A DNA stretch of 64,000 bases from Botryllus schlosseri. Taxonomy: Eukaryota. The notes under the pieces were generated by a model that did not search any database, was not told where the DNA came from, and worked only from the letters and a program-made list of their open reading frames with translations. The number at the start of each line of letters is the position of its first letter. The stretch's first letter is position 1. The stretch is from the NCBI GenBank assembly GCA_051294905.1, contig CM119371.1, positions 31,558,001 to 31,622,000 on the forward strand, written 5' to 3'. Below are positions 27,101 through 42,100 of this stretch, one piece after another. The position numbers were made by a program, and so were the translations under genes.

Positions 27101-30100
27101 ATAACAATGTATGTATTCAGACCTATAATACGCAGTACACGTTCAATGCACGTAGTTAGTTTCACATAAACGATTATTACTCAACATATTTCTGCTGTGC
27201 GGTTGTATTGATTCAACTCATTGATCGCACCGCCGAAATATTTGCTGCTACTCATGTGGGCCTTCGGGAAATTTAATTCTCTATCCCTGGTGTAAGAGAA
27301 CAGTATGATCACTGCGTGTAATTGAAATGGTCAAGAAAGTAAAGCTTTTTTTTCTTAATCAAACACAACCTTTAATCACCAATCATTCAGCTTAATTATG
27401 AATATTTTATATGTGCATTGCCTGCACCACTGTCCTGAAACTCTATGCGCTTTCGTCTCCTAGTCACTGGAGACTAGTCATTCCATATTTCTAATACGCC
27501 AAAGTCGACTCAAGTCAAGTCGAATCATTCAATAAAAGTGTCTTGAGTCCTCCCAACACTGCGGCCAAGTAGATCCCGCGTTGCACAGTTATAGAACGAC
27601 ATACTGAAATGAACTTCCCATTGACACCATGGCTTTCTCACCAGTACATATAAGTTCGTGTTGTGACACAAGTCTCGGCGGTAAAACACAGATGAAAGGT
27701 CCCGACCGCCCACGGCAAAACATCGTATCGTGATCGTATGATATGTTGGATTTCTTCAAGGGTGGCTCGTCTGATCCATCGCTTAACATTTCGATACATT
27801 GCATGTAAAACATGGAAGGAATCTCCAACTCAATATGCAATTTATACTTACATACAATCTGGTGTGCCGTCGCAGAACGACGATACTGGAATGCATTTCG
27901 CGCCATCAAAGCATGGAAACTCATCGTCTTTGCATGATGCACCTTTGAAAATGTGGGGACGAAATTATATCAACAAACTTGGTAGAAATCATCAACGTCT
28001 GTTGCCAAGTGGACGTAGAGGTTACGCCGCATTTTTATAATACAAATAGGAATCAATGCTACGTCGTTTGAAGGTATGATAGTAATTCAAGTACGATATT
28101 TAGAATGTATATTTGGTAGATGGTTCTCATACTTTGGCAGTTACCCAGAGGTGGCTTATTTTGAAATTGCCTGTCGCATTTTCGTAGCACATATAATTAA
28201 TGACACTATAACTATGGTAAATAATAGGATGACTCGAATCAGACTTGAGTAAACTTTTTCGTATGACTTGACTTGACTGGCCGTTTCAGAAATATCGTTT
28301 GACTCCTGACTCGGGGCCAAATTTACGCGTCAATTTCAAGTCATCAAGTATTCAGTGTCGACTAATTCGCTGTATCTTGTAAAGTTTGGCTTGTAACGAT
28401 ACGCTAGTCTAGTGTGACCCGCGAGAGCAGTTCCGCGTAAGCGGGAGCGATACAACGCCCTTTTGCGTGTATATTCAACTCTATATTTCTTCCTCGATTC
28501 AAAATAAGTGAAGACTCAATCTTTATTTCAAACATTTAGCAAAATGCAGTCACTTTGTACCACGCCTCTTGCTTTTAAAATTTAAATTGACTCGTGACTT
28601 GACTTGAATTGACTCATCTTGACTTGAGTTACCTTCGAAAGTTGATTGACTTGATTTGACTCGAGTCACCTTTGAAAATCGATTGACTTGACTTGACTTG
28701 ACTCGTGTGAAAACGTGCTCTCAAGATGAGTTGTGACTCGATCCCAACACCGAATACCGGGGCTATTTTACCAACTCATCAGAAAAACTTCAATCCTAGA
28801 AGTGGTGCAAACATATCCTGAAAGAACGTTCCAGTTTTAAATTTACGAAATATCAAAAGCAGGTTGTTTCGCCTAAAAAATAAGAACTGGAAGTGAAAAT
28901 AGTCTAAAACACAACCACCAACGTAGGTTGTGAAAGTATACAAGCAAATCATACCTGGACAAAGTAGCTGTATTTGGTACTGTCAACTTTTGCAAAAACT
29001 AGGAAGCACTATATGGGTACTGTATTTGTTCCACATGTGAAGTGTTAACATAGATCGTCCAGCACATAATTTTTTGAACGTGTGGTAAATGAATGTAACT
29101 ATTTTTAACCGTCGCAAAACTCAAGGTGGCCAGTAAGGAAGTATTTCTAATTTTTCAGTCTAATCAAGTAGGTTTTTGACCCTACTGACTGAAGTCGTTC
29201 TGCTTTTATATGCTTTTATATCCCATTCAGCTCGACAGTGTTTTTAGATACTTTTCGAAGATTCGATTTTATAAATTATAAAGTAGTTTGTGGATGAGTT
29301 TGTAGCAGTTTTATTACGGCAATTGCGATGTAAACTGGTCGAAAACAGTGAACGATTTCAAATCACTGACAACAAAAGTGAAATTATCACGCCATTATAA
29401 CAGAGAGCTAACGTTTCACACGAGATCCAGTAAGAGATGGCTCTCGCTAAAGACCCAGATCTCACCGGCGCAAAGTTGACCAGATTGTGACGAAAGTCTA
29501 GACGGTAACAAGCAGATGAATCTTCCGTTCTTGGAACGATCTTTCCCTCGACAAAAATTATCATAGCGGCTGTACGATACGCTGTAGTTCCTCAATGGTG
29601 GTTCGTCGGACCCATCACTTCATAAAATAATAAGGTGATATTTATTTGCATGCACTTGGATGTTTGTGATTATGCAGTGGGATTGTGCAAACCTCAAAAA
29701 GCTAGATTCTAGTTCGTTTGAACATGAACCTTCATAAAGGCTAGCTGTGAACGCGAACATATGACGTTTCATAACGTCATGGGACGCCACAAGACTAATA
29801 CAAACACAAATGGATTGTTCCTTCTTTCAGCGCTCATGTTAGAACAGTGGTTCTCAAAGTAGGGGGCGTGATAGCACCTGAAAGGGGGCGCGAAGCTGCG
29901 GTCATTTTTTTTACCTTCAATTCATAGGGTTGCTCTGTATATAGTCCGAATCTCATATTTTATAATTTTCTCATCCACGGTCATAACTTTCCATGCCGTC
30001 AAACTATATTCGTTTACATTGCTAGCATTCTGGTTACATTTTGTGATATGACGTAATTCTTCACTGTCGAGTCACAAAAAGTTTGAGAACCACTGTGTTA

Positions 30101-33100
30101 TAACATATAATATGCTTGCGCATTTGTAGTGATGATTCAGAATAGGCTTGTTGTCATAGGGATGATGTCTGTAATGACGATGTGACTATAGCGAAATATT
30201 CTACATTGATCCTATCGTAACTTGCTGAGAAAATCCAAACATATCATGATTCAGTTAAAGGCCCACAAGAACCCCTTATTCGCATCAAATATTGCTCGGA
30301 CGATAAGAATCTTCGTGTTGTATGATGAATTTCCAATCTAGGTGTCACCAAGTGACAGGTAACTGCATTAAAAAAAATTATGTCTCTGCAGGTATACACA
30401 AAGCCCACGAAGGTTCTTCATTAAATGACAATCTCCAAATTTTCAAGGTTGACATACCGAACGTGAGCCGAACGTTCGCCTCATTCCTATAAGAGACTGA
30501 AGTAAACATACTTGCTATGTTTGCAATTCTTGTCACAAAGCAAATACATTACCATAGTCATGAACATGGGCATAGATTTCGAGAGAACATGCTACACATG
30601 CTGAATATGGTGAATATATTATGAGAAAACATAACTGCAATGACACAACTGCCATGTTTGTAACCGATTACTACAATACCTGCATACCTGCAATCACGGT
30701 CTCCATTACAAAACAGCGAGTTATGAATACACCTGGAGCCATCTGAACAGCTGAACTCGTCACTTGTGCATGACGAACCTGTAGTGGAATTGGAAGAATG
30801 CTATTAGAAAGGGATACGGTTACCCCTGGAGGTATTTTTCTAATTTGTACTCATTAAATTTATTAAACTGAATTATTTGGCCAGTGGTTATTTGTTCGTT
30901 TTTATTCACCGCTGTCAGGTAATTGTATCGCGGGAAAAAATAGTCTGCGTTGTATCACAAGCAATGTTCCCTCTAAGTTGCGCACGTGCGAAAATGCGCA
31001 GTACTTTCACGGTCTCTGCGCACAGAAAATCCAAGTTGCGCACAAAAAATCTGAAGTGATGACCTTGTTTTAATCGTTGCGCACTGTTTTCCAAGGGTCT
31101 GCGCAGTGAGTTGGTGAGTGTGCGCAGACACGTCAAAAATTAGAGGGAACATTGATCACAAGGGGTAAATTATGCACAACACCGTGTAAAGTAGATATCG
31201 ATAGATCATGGACGGAATACCAGCTCTCGAAAAACTCTTTCCTTCAAACTGGAAAAGTGCTACCTTCACATATGTCTTCTTGAAGCGTCGACAAATGAGG
31301 TGGCAGTTCGCAAATTGATCGCACACGCAGATCATCGTATCGATGAGCTCTTTGTCGACAAAATGTGACGTTTGGTGCGAAATCTTTACTGGAGTTTCTC
31401 AATGGTGGCTCGTCAGACCCATCACTATATATGATAAAATAAAGATACTGTATCCGGTATTGTGGTCTCTGTCATATATAAAATCCTACCATATCATTGG
31501 ACATATCAAATGCATAATTTATATATTCTGCTACTGAATACATAAGCATGAATTGGACATCTCTCAACTATCTATGGTTTGAAGCTTTCGGGCCATTGTC
31601 AAGTATGTTAGCCAACGTTGGTAATGGCGAATTTCAGTAATTTTCATGTAGGCTACCCGTGAGCTAGCTTACGGGATACGTAATGAGGCTTCGAGTCACT
31701 GGCTTCGTGGAGTTGTAAACATGGATGCGAATTTATCAAAGGGTGCTATATCTGGGGGAGTGTTAAAGCATATGTGAGTGAGGCTGCATGCGGAATCTGC
31801 CATTCGCCGACAAGATTTACCGACAAGATAGCGTAATGGTGAAGCGTCCGGCTTCTATATCCGTAGGTCGTGGGTTCGATCGCCGGCCGGGTCAGACCAA
31901 AGACCTGATTAGTAAAACTGGTATCCATGACTTCCCTCCCTGCTTGGCGCTCATGCATTACGGGGATAGCATGGAGGGTGTTGCGCGACTTAGAAAGCCG
32001 TAAAGGCTATATCTTGACTTCCTTGTCCAGCGGCATATGCACATCATGCACTCGTGGTATGCTAGGATTACCATACGTCCTCTTCTAAGAGGATTTGTCC
32101 TCTTTTTTGACTTTTTTGAAAGTGTCCTCGGAGGACGCCCTTCTGTCCTTTTTTTTTTGAGATTTTGTCCTCTTTTTCGAAAATTTAGGTCATATTTAGA
32201 TCAAAATGCGAGTGATATGCCGTAAATTAGCACAGAAGTGACGCTCTGGCTGGGCGAAACGTTGACCTTTTTTTCAGTCAACCACCTAGCAATGTGGAGA
32301 GAAAAGCGGTATTTTGAGCTACGAGCGAAAAGTTGACCTTTTTTTTCTAAAAAGTGTCCTCTTTCTAGATTTCCAAAATATGGTAACCCTATGCTATGCA
32401 TATTGCATATGCACATATCGTGTGTATGAGTATGATGAGTCGGTGTCTGTGCCACGAAAAACATCAAGGACATGAATAAATTACGTCCTTCCTTTCCATT
32501 CATGGTATCAATCAGTAGGCGCGTGATATGAAGGAGAACGAAGACATGGTGTATTAACGAGCTACAAACATTTCGTACAACATGTTCACTTTTGGCGATA
32601 CTCCGTCATACTCTCTTTAATATGTATGGGGCCTTCGGCTTGGTGAATCTAAATAGCAATAGAATTAGATCAAGTAAATTAATTCGGTTAAGTTTAATAC
32701 GCGTGTCACAATTACAAGCCAATTACTAAAAAGGTTTAGGCTTGACACTTTCTGTTAGCGGAGGAAAGGAAACAACATATTAAGTATCTGGAGCAACAAG
32801 CTATAAATCGAGTAAAATTAATATTGCAGCGCAAATCTCGCCAACACCGAAATAATTTGGACGCGTTCGGCTGCGTTTCTTCGTTTATGCAGCGACGACT
32901 TCAGGCTAAAGTGAAATAACGCAATACTATTATTATTACATACCGGCAATCATTCTTTCCGTTGCAGAAATTCTCCTGTCGAATACAAGTGGAGCCATCG
33001 TCACATGAAAATTCCGTTTTTGTACAAATCGGATCTGGATGACATGCAACATGTAGCATAATTAATTTAAGTTGAGTACTGCAAAGATAAACAGATTTTC

Positions 33101-36100
33101 TACTAGATTTTAACGTGAAATATATTGGTTTTCCTTGAATGATCGAGCTTTATTGTATCACTCGACAGCATATTATGTAGATTGTAAATTAGGATTACAA
33201 ATTCAAAGTCGTCTGTTTTCAATTCCGGTAATAAAACTTTATGAATATAAGAAAGTGTCCACCTCACCTGATTCCAATATATGGCAACCATATGTAAGCT
33301 AAATATACTTTATATAGTCATAATTCATAATATCAGTTCTGCTACTAGAACAGTGGTTCTCAACCTTTTTGTCTTCGCGGACCCCTTCCGGACCATCACG
33401 GACCATCACGGACCCCCACGAAGTTTTAGTTTAAAATTAGCTCAATTACCGTGTAATCGTCATCTCTGTCGTGTGCAAATGATAACAGTAGGCTTAGTGA
33501 TAAACAGCAACAAAATGCCTTTTCGTGAAAATAGGATCATTCTAGTCATGTAGAAATTGGGTTGAGTTCTATTATTTCAAAGCAAATTCTGCAACTGAAT
33601 TTCTTGAAATACATGCTCATGTCTTAAAAATCCGCGCCTTCGATTTGATATATAAGAGGGCCGCTGTACTAGAGTATAGTAGTAAAAGTAGAAGTAATGT
33701 CGTAAATTGGCACTCAGTTTACAAATAGATTTCAACAAATGTCAACCCAGTCTACTCCAAGTAAAAGAAGAAAAGAAAAGGCATACACAAATACTTAAGT
33801 AAGTAGTATCAAAACGTAGATTATGACTTGTCGCTGATAGTTGAAGGTGGCTTCTATCTAAGCTTCAAGACTCATATTCGAGTTAAACGCATAATGAATA
33901 ATGAAACTACAAATAATTACTAAAGCTGAAATCGACAAAAATATATATTAGGCTGGCGTGATGCAGGGGCTATCTCGCCCTGTTGTTGTGACAATTAATT
34001 TAATTTGAACAGTTCGAAGGACGACTGTCTACTTTTCGAAATCCGACGTGTGAAATACAACAAGTATTGTTATAAAAACTGTTGCGTATAAATTGACGAA
34101 CAACAAAACAGCTTGAGTTAGGAAGTGCAGATAGGCGAACTCAACTTGAGCACTCCAAGTTGTGGGAGTTACGGACCCCCTACTAACTTGAAAATCTGAA
34201 CAAATCTTACCAACCGAACATGTCTCACATAGACGCTCACCTTCGCAAAGTAATATTTCGGCAGCCGCAGAGGTAACCATGCATATACGTCCTGTAGTGT
34301 CGCGATATTGTCCTTTTCCACGACAGGTAGTGAAACTATCCCCAGTGACTATGGAGTTGTTGCGATACAGCTCGTCAGATCCATCACTTACCACATATCA
34401 ACAAGATTATTATGGAGCCTATACCTATGATAAACTAATTAAATTTTAATGTGCATATGCGTGATAATTCGTCAAAGTAACAATTTTGAATTTTGTTCAT
34501 AAGATTTGCAAAAAATCATTTCGAACTATTTCAAGTGACGCTAAATTTCAAAGAGCTCCACAGCTTCTCAGCGCCTCCCATATCGTCCCTTCAGTGTTCC
34601 TGCCCCCAACTAAATGCAAATGGCTCCCTGTGGGTGCTAGCCACAATTATTATTAACCACAGCTCCAATATATATTGTCTCTATTATGTGACTTTGTCTG
34701 TATACGCACTTGCATTGTACAATCCCGTCGCAAAACATGTCATTTGGTAAACATTGTGAACCATCCATGCATGAGAATTCCCAGAGGTTGCAAGTCGATC
34801 CTATGAGATGTTTTTACAATCGTTTATTATATAAAATCGATCAACATAATACATATAGTACAATGATTCCAAATATATTTCCCACGACCCGGAGTCGAAT
34901 CACATTAAGATACTCTCAAGGGAATTCGGTATTTTGGTAATTGTTTGCCCATCAAAACATAAACATCGTTCATCTAATCTGCAACGTTCTTCTGTCAGTT
35001 GACAAGTAATATAAGTATTATTATCGTACACGGGAGTCAGGCACCACTTCAATTGCATTAAACTAGCATCATTTAGATCCTAATGCCCATAAGTCGAACA
35101 TGTGCGACACACAATTCACATAACTAACTCGCTGACTAGTGGCGAGATAGCGCAGTGGTATAACCCACCGCTGCAACATCAATGGGTTGCGGGCTCGAGT
35201 CCGAGCGAGGTCGACTTCAAAATTCCTATCGAAGAGGTTCTTCTGGGCGTAAGCGATATCTTACAAAAAGCCTAGCAGTGAGCCGTTTAACAAGTCGGCC
35301 GATATGGAATCAAAATCACACAAAATCGGCCTGGTGCAAATGACCGTCGTAGTCGACAAACACCATGAATACCCCGAACAAACCAACAAACAAACTCACT
35401 GACTAGATGTGATATTTTTATCCGCGTGAAATAGAGGAAGTAACAGGCCGATGTCAGGCCGACATTTTAGGACCCTTGATCTAGTTTACAATTGCTCAAA
35501 TAAATTCACATATTTGCAGACTGAGTGTGCTGCTTGTGTGTATTCTTCCTATATAGTTTCAAGGAAGGTGGCCGGATATATCGTATTATTATACACGAGG
35601 GATTTGCATTTCGTTCACCTAGAACCCTACATGCAGTACGTTTATGTGCGGGCAGTAGTGTCAATTACCCAGTTTTCGTCGTCGCACGTTGCAAATATAT
35701 TCACATATATATGAGTAGAGCCTATACTCAGTAGATGAACGCTCACCGGAACACAGCTCGTTCTCATACGGTTGGAGACTTGGTTCTAGTACGCAAATCC
35801 ACTTTATTAGCATTTCTACCTCTGGAATATATGTTGCATACCCTCTTCCGGTACAAAACCTGATGCTGGGATCATAAGTGATGTTGTTGTATCTTAAAGG
35901 CGGCTCGTCCGATTTGTCTCTGAATGAACATATTGCATTTCGATAATGATGCTTAGATTGCCTGCAGTAACTTGGAAACACAAATGGAGCATCCTAATCC
36001 TTATACCTATATAGAGAAATACCCTAATACACCATATTTTCAGACGCTGGACTACGCTATGTATGGTTGGATTTAAAACAAACTGTGTTTTGAAAACTTT

Positions 36101-39100
36101 GTTTAACACATGTTGTAAACAGTGTTTTAAACAAAGACCTTTTTAAAAAACAAAATTGTGTTTTTTTTAAGTTGTAAAAACATGCCATAATTGTGTAAAT
36201 ACCTTTCAAAAAGCATGTTGTAGGAGCCTACAGACAATTACCACCCGATATAGCCGACGTATATCGATATGGGATGGACGTAAACCTCAAAATTGTCCGT
36301 TCAAAAGCAATAGTACAGATAGTTCGTGAAAGGAGCTATATTATTTACCCTATATTTTCAATGCTCAATATCAATCCACTATGACGTCACAATTAAATAT
36401 TTGTGACGTTATAGCTTAAAAACATGTTTTAAACAAGGGCCTGGTTTCAAACATGTTTGTTTTGAATTGATTTTTGTTTTAAATGCAACCCTAACTCTCT
36501 GACTAAATAAAATGGCATAACTTTGTACGGAATTCACTTCCCCAACTCTTTCAATCAATAACTGAGTTCTCATTGTGTGGAGACTATGAGGATATGTGAC
36601 TTTCGGATGAAGTGATCCTGTCAGGAAATGTCTACCATAGCTATACATAAAGAGATTTAGGTGTTGAAGTAAAGGTATTACGAGTTCCCATAAATCACTA
36701 TGCATCACAAAATGTAAACTTATATATTTCAATCTGAGGACCGAGTTTTATGAGCTGATAATGCATTAAGGTCCATAGCTTAGCATCATTGTTACCGATG
36801 GATAATTCAGCATCGCAAGAAACTGATTGTAGAAGCCCGAAGACTTGGCATTTTCGACCGAATATTACTATTGCTAAATTTGCTATTTACCGCTCCGTCA
36901 TTGCGCGAAATTTACTGAACTAGTGAAATTCCCCACATTGATGGCAATGATAGAGGGTATAGCCTAAATGTATACGATATTTCGTTTAATCTTCTACCCG
37001 CAATCAGCTTTTCCGTCACAGAATTCTTCGTTTCTCACACATCCAGATCCATCCAAACAAGCGAAACTGTACTTCGAGCATTGCTTACCTGCGATATAAA
37101 TCAGCGATATATTACATGACTCAATATTATAGCATACTTCAATGCGAGGCATAGTGGTACGAGCTTATCCAGCGTTTTTATGCTCACCGTACCCAAGACC
37201 TTAAATATGAATGATGCTATATTTACCAATATGCATACCAAACTATGATTCAACAACGGTGACGTGCAGTGAGGTTCATGGTTGGTGAGGCATTGACCCG
37301 TTAGAGTCGGATATACAGATATATAAACAAAAAATGTTGGTTGATTCAATCAGCGATTTCTTTCTTATCCCATTAGCATTATTCACATGCAAGCTACGCA
37401 AGGAAGGTACTTTGCCCATTTGTAATCGAAGGTACAGGTATGAGGGTTACAATACGTCCTCGTTTAGGAGGATTGGACATCCTCTGTCAGCTTTTTGAAA
37501 ATGTCCTTCGAGGACTCCTAAATGTCCTTCTTTTTGTCAATTCGTCCTCCTTTAAATCTACCATAATGGACAGATTATACTGTAAATGGGCACAAATGAC
37601 GCTAAATAGCAAAATGGCGGGTAATTCGTGAGTTGATCGAAAGTGACGACCTCTTTTTTTAGTCAGCACCACTAAATACAAGTAAAGGGTGCGTAAAACG
37701 GCAGTCGAACGAAAGTGATGACCTTTTTATTTTTTTGTAGACAACTTCACAAATTTTCCAGCAAGAATGCCGAAATCCGATGATTTCAGTCTTGATCAAC
37801 TAATTTTTAGTATTTGGGAAAAGTGTCATCCTTTCCCGGTTCCAAAATATGTTAACCCTAGCAGGTGTAGCTGGAAACTCATAACAGATATATCCACAAG
37901 GAAATGAATCTGTACTGCGCTACATGGTGGCCGTCGCAACTTCGGAATTCATACTACACCATCTGTTGGCGAAGTTGATATTGCGTTGTTTAATGGCGCT
38001 GCGAATTTCGGATTGTTAGCAAACAGTATGTGAGGTAAATTCATCTTTTCCTCGCCTGGGTATTGTTTATCAACATTGTCATTGCACGTAACAATGCCTA
38101 ATTTCACATTCTTTGTGGATTTTGCGGGAGTTTTGGTGTTCTGACGTAAACAATGTTTGGCTTTCCGGAATCAGTGCGACAATAGCATTCTATTAATACC
38201 AATTAATGCAAATTATGTTTGTAATGAGTTGGGTTATTACAGGTGAAGCTTGGTCAGTCCGTGCCTCACCTTTCTCTCACCTCTCTTTTCGTGCTATATT
38301 TCTGAACTATAAATATGTGAATTCCGGGATTCTGTATCTGGAAATGTTTCAAAATTAGTCACTGATAAACATCGATGGGAAATACACATAATTATTCGTG
38401 TTACAATCATTGAAGATTTTCACAATTTTCTTTTACTCATCCTAGCGTCTGGTCGGGCACTGCCTCACTTGCCTCCCCTGGCCGAACGTCACTGTTAGAC
38501 TACTCTTAGATCACATGACTCTATCGGTATTGGTTTCAAATAATTCTTTATTTTTATTGCAAATGCAGAGTATTGGATTATGAGTCTTCAAGACAATTTT
38601 TCAGCTATGACATGAGGTTTGTGGCAAAAACTTGCGATTGAACGACGGCAAAAGGTGTAATATCATACTTTCGCAAAATGCTTTTTTATCTCGAAGAAAC
38701 TGAGTTGTGACTTCGCAAAATCTAGTTTCCTTGCGACATATAATGACATCTGAGTAATTTGAGCTGCCTCTGTCCCGATAAACCTCGTCCGATCCGTCTC
38801 TAAACGATGAAAGATAAGTTAGAAATGGAGAATAATGATATGCTAGTGGAAATCGATGCTCAGTGGCCCTCATACTGATAAGCCTAATTGAGTAGCGCAT
38901 GGCTGTCTCCTGGATTCTGGCATGTTATCATTGTTGAGCTATGGTGCAATGTTTTTCATCGATTTACAGACTGACGCGGATGGTGGTGAGATAGCGTATA
39001 GTGGCATAATCCACAGTTGCAACATGAAGGGGTTGCGGGTTCGAGTCCGGCTGTGGCCGACTCCGATAAGCACTGGCTTTGCGGCGTGACTACTGCTGGA

Positions 39101-42100
39101 AATTCCCGCACATATCGCGCTCTCGATCGTGCAAGTTGTGTACTGACGTATACCACGAGACGACTAGTAACTTCCTACATAATAACTGATATCCTATTTG
39201 TGATAGTCGACGTTTCGGTCAGTTTCGGAAACTACCGGCACGCTCGTCTCAATCTTAAGACGCAAATTACACTGGTCTACAAATTTCGAGAAAAAATTTG
39301 CGCCACAAATTTTAATGATTGATTTAGGCCAATTTAAGGTCGCTGAATCCGATTTTGTGCTCCGAATTTCTCTATCACGTCAGATTTATTCGCTACGTAT
39401 TTTTCTGATTTTCATAAATTACTCAAATTTCGGCATCCGTTAATGATTTTACGTTGAGCGCACAACTGCAACAGATCAAACATTGTTATTCAACTAATCT
39501 ATAATAATGAAACCTGGGTAGTTGTAGAACAGAATAATTGAGTTTTCCGTGAACTTGAAACAAGCGGTTTTCTATCTTCATTCAATAAGGAACTCTTTTC
39601 GACACATTAATTCATATGGGGATGCAACTACTTTTATTCGGAAGCTGTTATCATCTTTATATACCACTCTTCATTTAGTAGCTCCGGACTTAATTTAGTT
39701 CCCATAGGACATTCTGTGGCCCACACCAAAAATCTTGTTTTCTATGCTTGAACAAAGCCAGCGATGAGCATTAGTTAATTTTTAGTGATGTTTTTATATG
39801 GTTTCGAGGCTTTCTGTTAGTATTTTGCATGATTATACGCCAGTTCTAATACGCAAAGCTTTATATTTTTGACGGTTTCTGATTTGCCGTAATATTTTAC
39901 TATGAACTAGAGTTGATCGAAGTGATCGGCGTTGCTACTCAAATAACGCCTTACATCTCTACTCAATTACAAGTAGAAGTAGTAATTTCCAAGACATGTA
40001 AACACTACTTCGAGGGGAAGACGAAATGAAAGGTCTGAGAATTACTAAAAGTAATTAAATATTTGGTCGGGGATAGGGTGGCCGCATACTTTCAATCGTT
40101 AGTCAGAAATGGCCACATACGAAATCGCAAGACGTATCATCTCGGCTAACGCGATATGTCTATAATGACCCTATAACCATTGGTAGAATCTAGGAAAATA
40201 TATTCAGTTACCGTGCTTTAGGGGCTGTGCCACGCAGTTATAATGATCATGTAACTCATGAGAGTGGTGCCGTGTCTTCTGTAATACCAGTCGATATTCG
40301 CTGCGCGCAACCAATACTTAACCGACGTCCTGCAAATGTACTATCGGGCGATGTACTCACTGACAGTTCTTTATCCCATCGCAAAAGAAAGACTTCGGCA
40401 CGCACTGCGATCCATCCGCACACGGAAATTCGTGGTATCTACACGCCGAACCTGGATAGATATACACAATCTTGACAAGTAGCCTACTCGACCAGCAACA
40501 TTCTACGGTGTTGCATGCAGGGTTGCATTTGCGACTACAGGTATTTTAAAATCTGTGTTTAAAACATGTTTTAGACAATGTTTGAAACAAGGCCTTTTTT
40601 AAAAAAAGTTGTGTTTCTTTAAAGTTGTAAAATTATGCCATAATTGTGAAATACTTTAAAAAAAACATTTTGTATGTGCCTACAGACGATTACCACTTGA
40701 TAAAGCCGACGTATACGACTAGGGTTGTGTTTAAAACCAAAATCAATTTAAAACACACATGTTTAAAACATGGCCCTTGTTTAAAACATGTTTTTTATTG
40801 TTTTTCTCTACCCATGATATCCTAATGATGACGAATACCTTCTAAAATGACGATACAGTGATTCCTGCGACTGCACAGCATGAAATGCTCGAAGAAAATT
40901 CTTGTATTCAACGAATATTTTATTGAAAAAAATTACTGAGTGGCTTCCACGGCACACTGAGCAGCATAGAGCAACAACTGCTTTACTTTTACGACATCAT
41001 CGTCAATATTGTCCATAAATAAGTCATCCTGCATCATAGACGGAGTTATGAAATCGTCCCGCCCTTCAAGTCGACTGAATATACCATTTACACGACTCAA
41101 AAGAGTCGTAGGGTATGTATCATCATCGTCACTTTCGCTGGGTACTTCCTCGGCTTCGCTGATTTCATCGATAACCTTCTCAGATTCTTCTTCCTCCGCA
41201 AGTATTCTATTAAACTTCCTTAATAAGTCTTTCGATTTCTGGCAGTCAGACTTTCCAAGCGAATGGTGACTTTTAATCTTCAGAATCATTTCTAGACTTC
41301 CGCAACTTAGCCTATTTCTTGACTCGGTAACGGTGGCTGCTGCTGCTGACCATAGTCGTTCACACGAGGCCGCGTGCGGTGAGCATGATAGTAAGGTCTT
41401 GGCTAACATAGAAATGTCCGGTGCATCGTCATGTACGTCACTCGAAAATATCATGGGATTTTCTGTAATGCATGGTGCCCAAACTGAGCTGTCTCCATGA
41501 AAGACACCTGTTTTCATATCATAGGCCATCCATTGCTTGACAAATTCGTGAGAAGTCGATCGCAAAGGATACAAATCCTTGAATAGTTGAAGCGCAAGGT
41601 CTCTTATCTTTCGCCTCCCTGACTGATTTAAGCCGCATCCCCGCGCTCTTGGATCCAAAATCCACGACACGAATTGGTGTGGCTCAATGTAATTGGCTGT
41701 CCTTCGTTTCATTTTGTCAAGCAATGAATCCTTCTCATTGGACTGCAAAAACGCACTGGATGATATACAACTCTTCAACCAAGTCCAACTTGTCAAAATG
41801 AGCCCTGCGGATGCATAGGCCTAATCCATTTCCGACAGGCCCGTGATTACGCGGTATGGTTTGAGCAGTTTGTATATTTCTTGTGTGTTTCGCCAGAACG
41901 ATTCATCATTAATTACTGATTTCACACAGGTGGCGCTTTTACTTTGTAAGTACGGCTTTCCTCGGTCCTCAACAAAGAAAACTTGAATTGTGGCTTGTAT
42001 GTTGAGAACATGTTCCAGCGAGGTCGCAAAGGAGTACCACCTTGACTCGGTAGGCAGCCACATCGGGATGGTTTCTCGTCCGTAATATTTGCACAAAGCG

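Noticed and set aside
26955-27300. Exon-like open stretches (IKKLAEDL..FPATAS; DRELNFPK..) and similar text at ~23480, 25300 and 35560
   Set aside because: Phases do not fit the B7-A8 junction, stops are present, and similar motifs recur in TE-derived intervals; most likely old repeat remnants.
34915-35000. ERCRLDERCLCFDGQT as an extra A-type exon
   Set aside because: Cys spacing and length do not match the 91-bp pattern and there is no phase-2 donor; the true A4 exon is at 34710-34800.
31821-39100. tRNA genes at 31821, 35140 and 38983 (and 7100 on the minus strand)
   Set aside because: Box A/B are present but no complete cloverleaf; they continue into SINE bodies and tails, two with TSDs.
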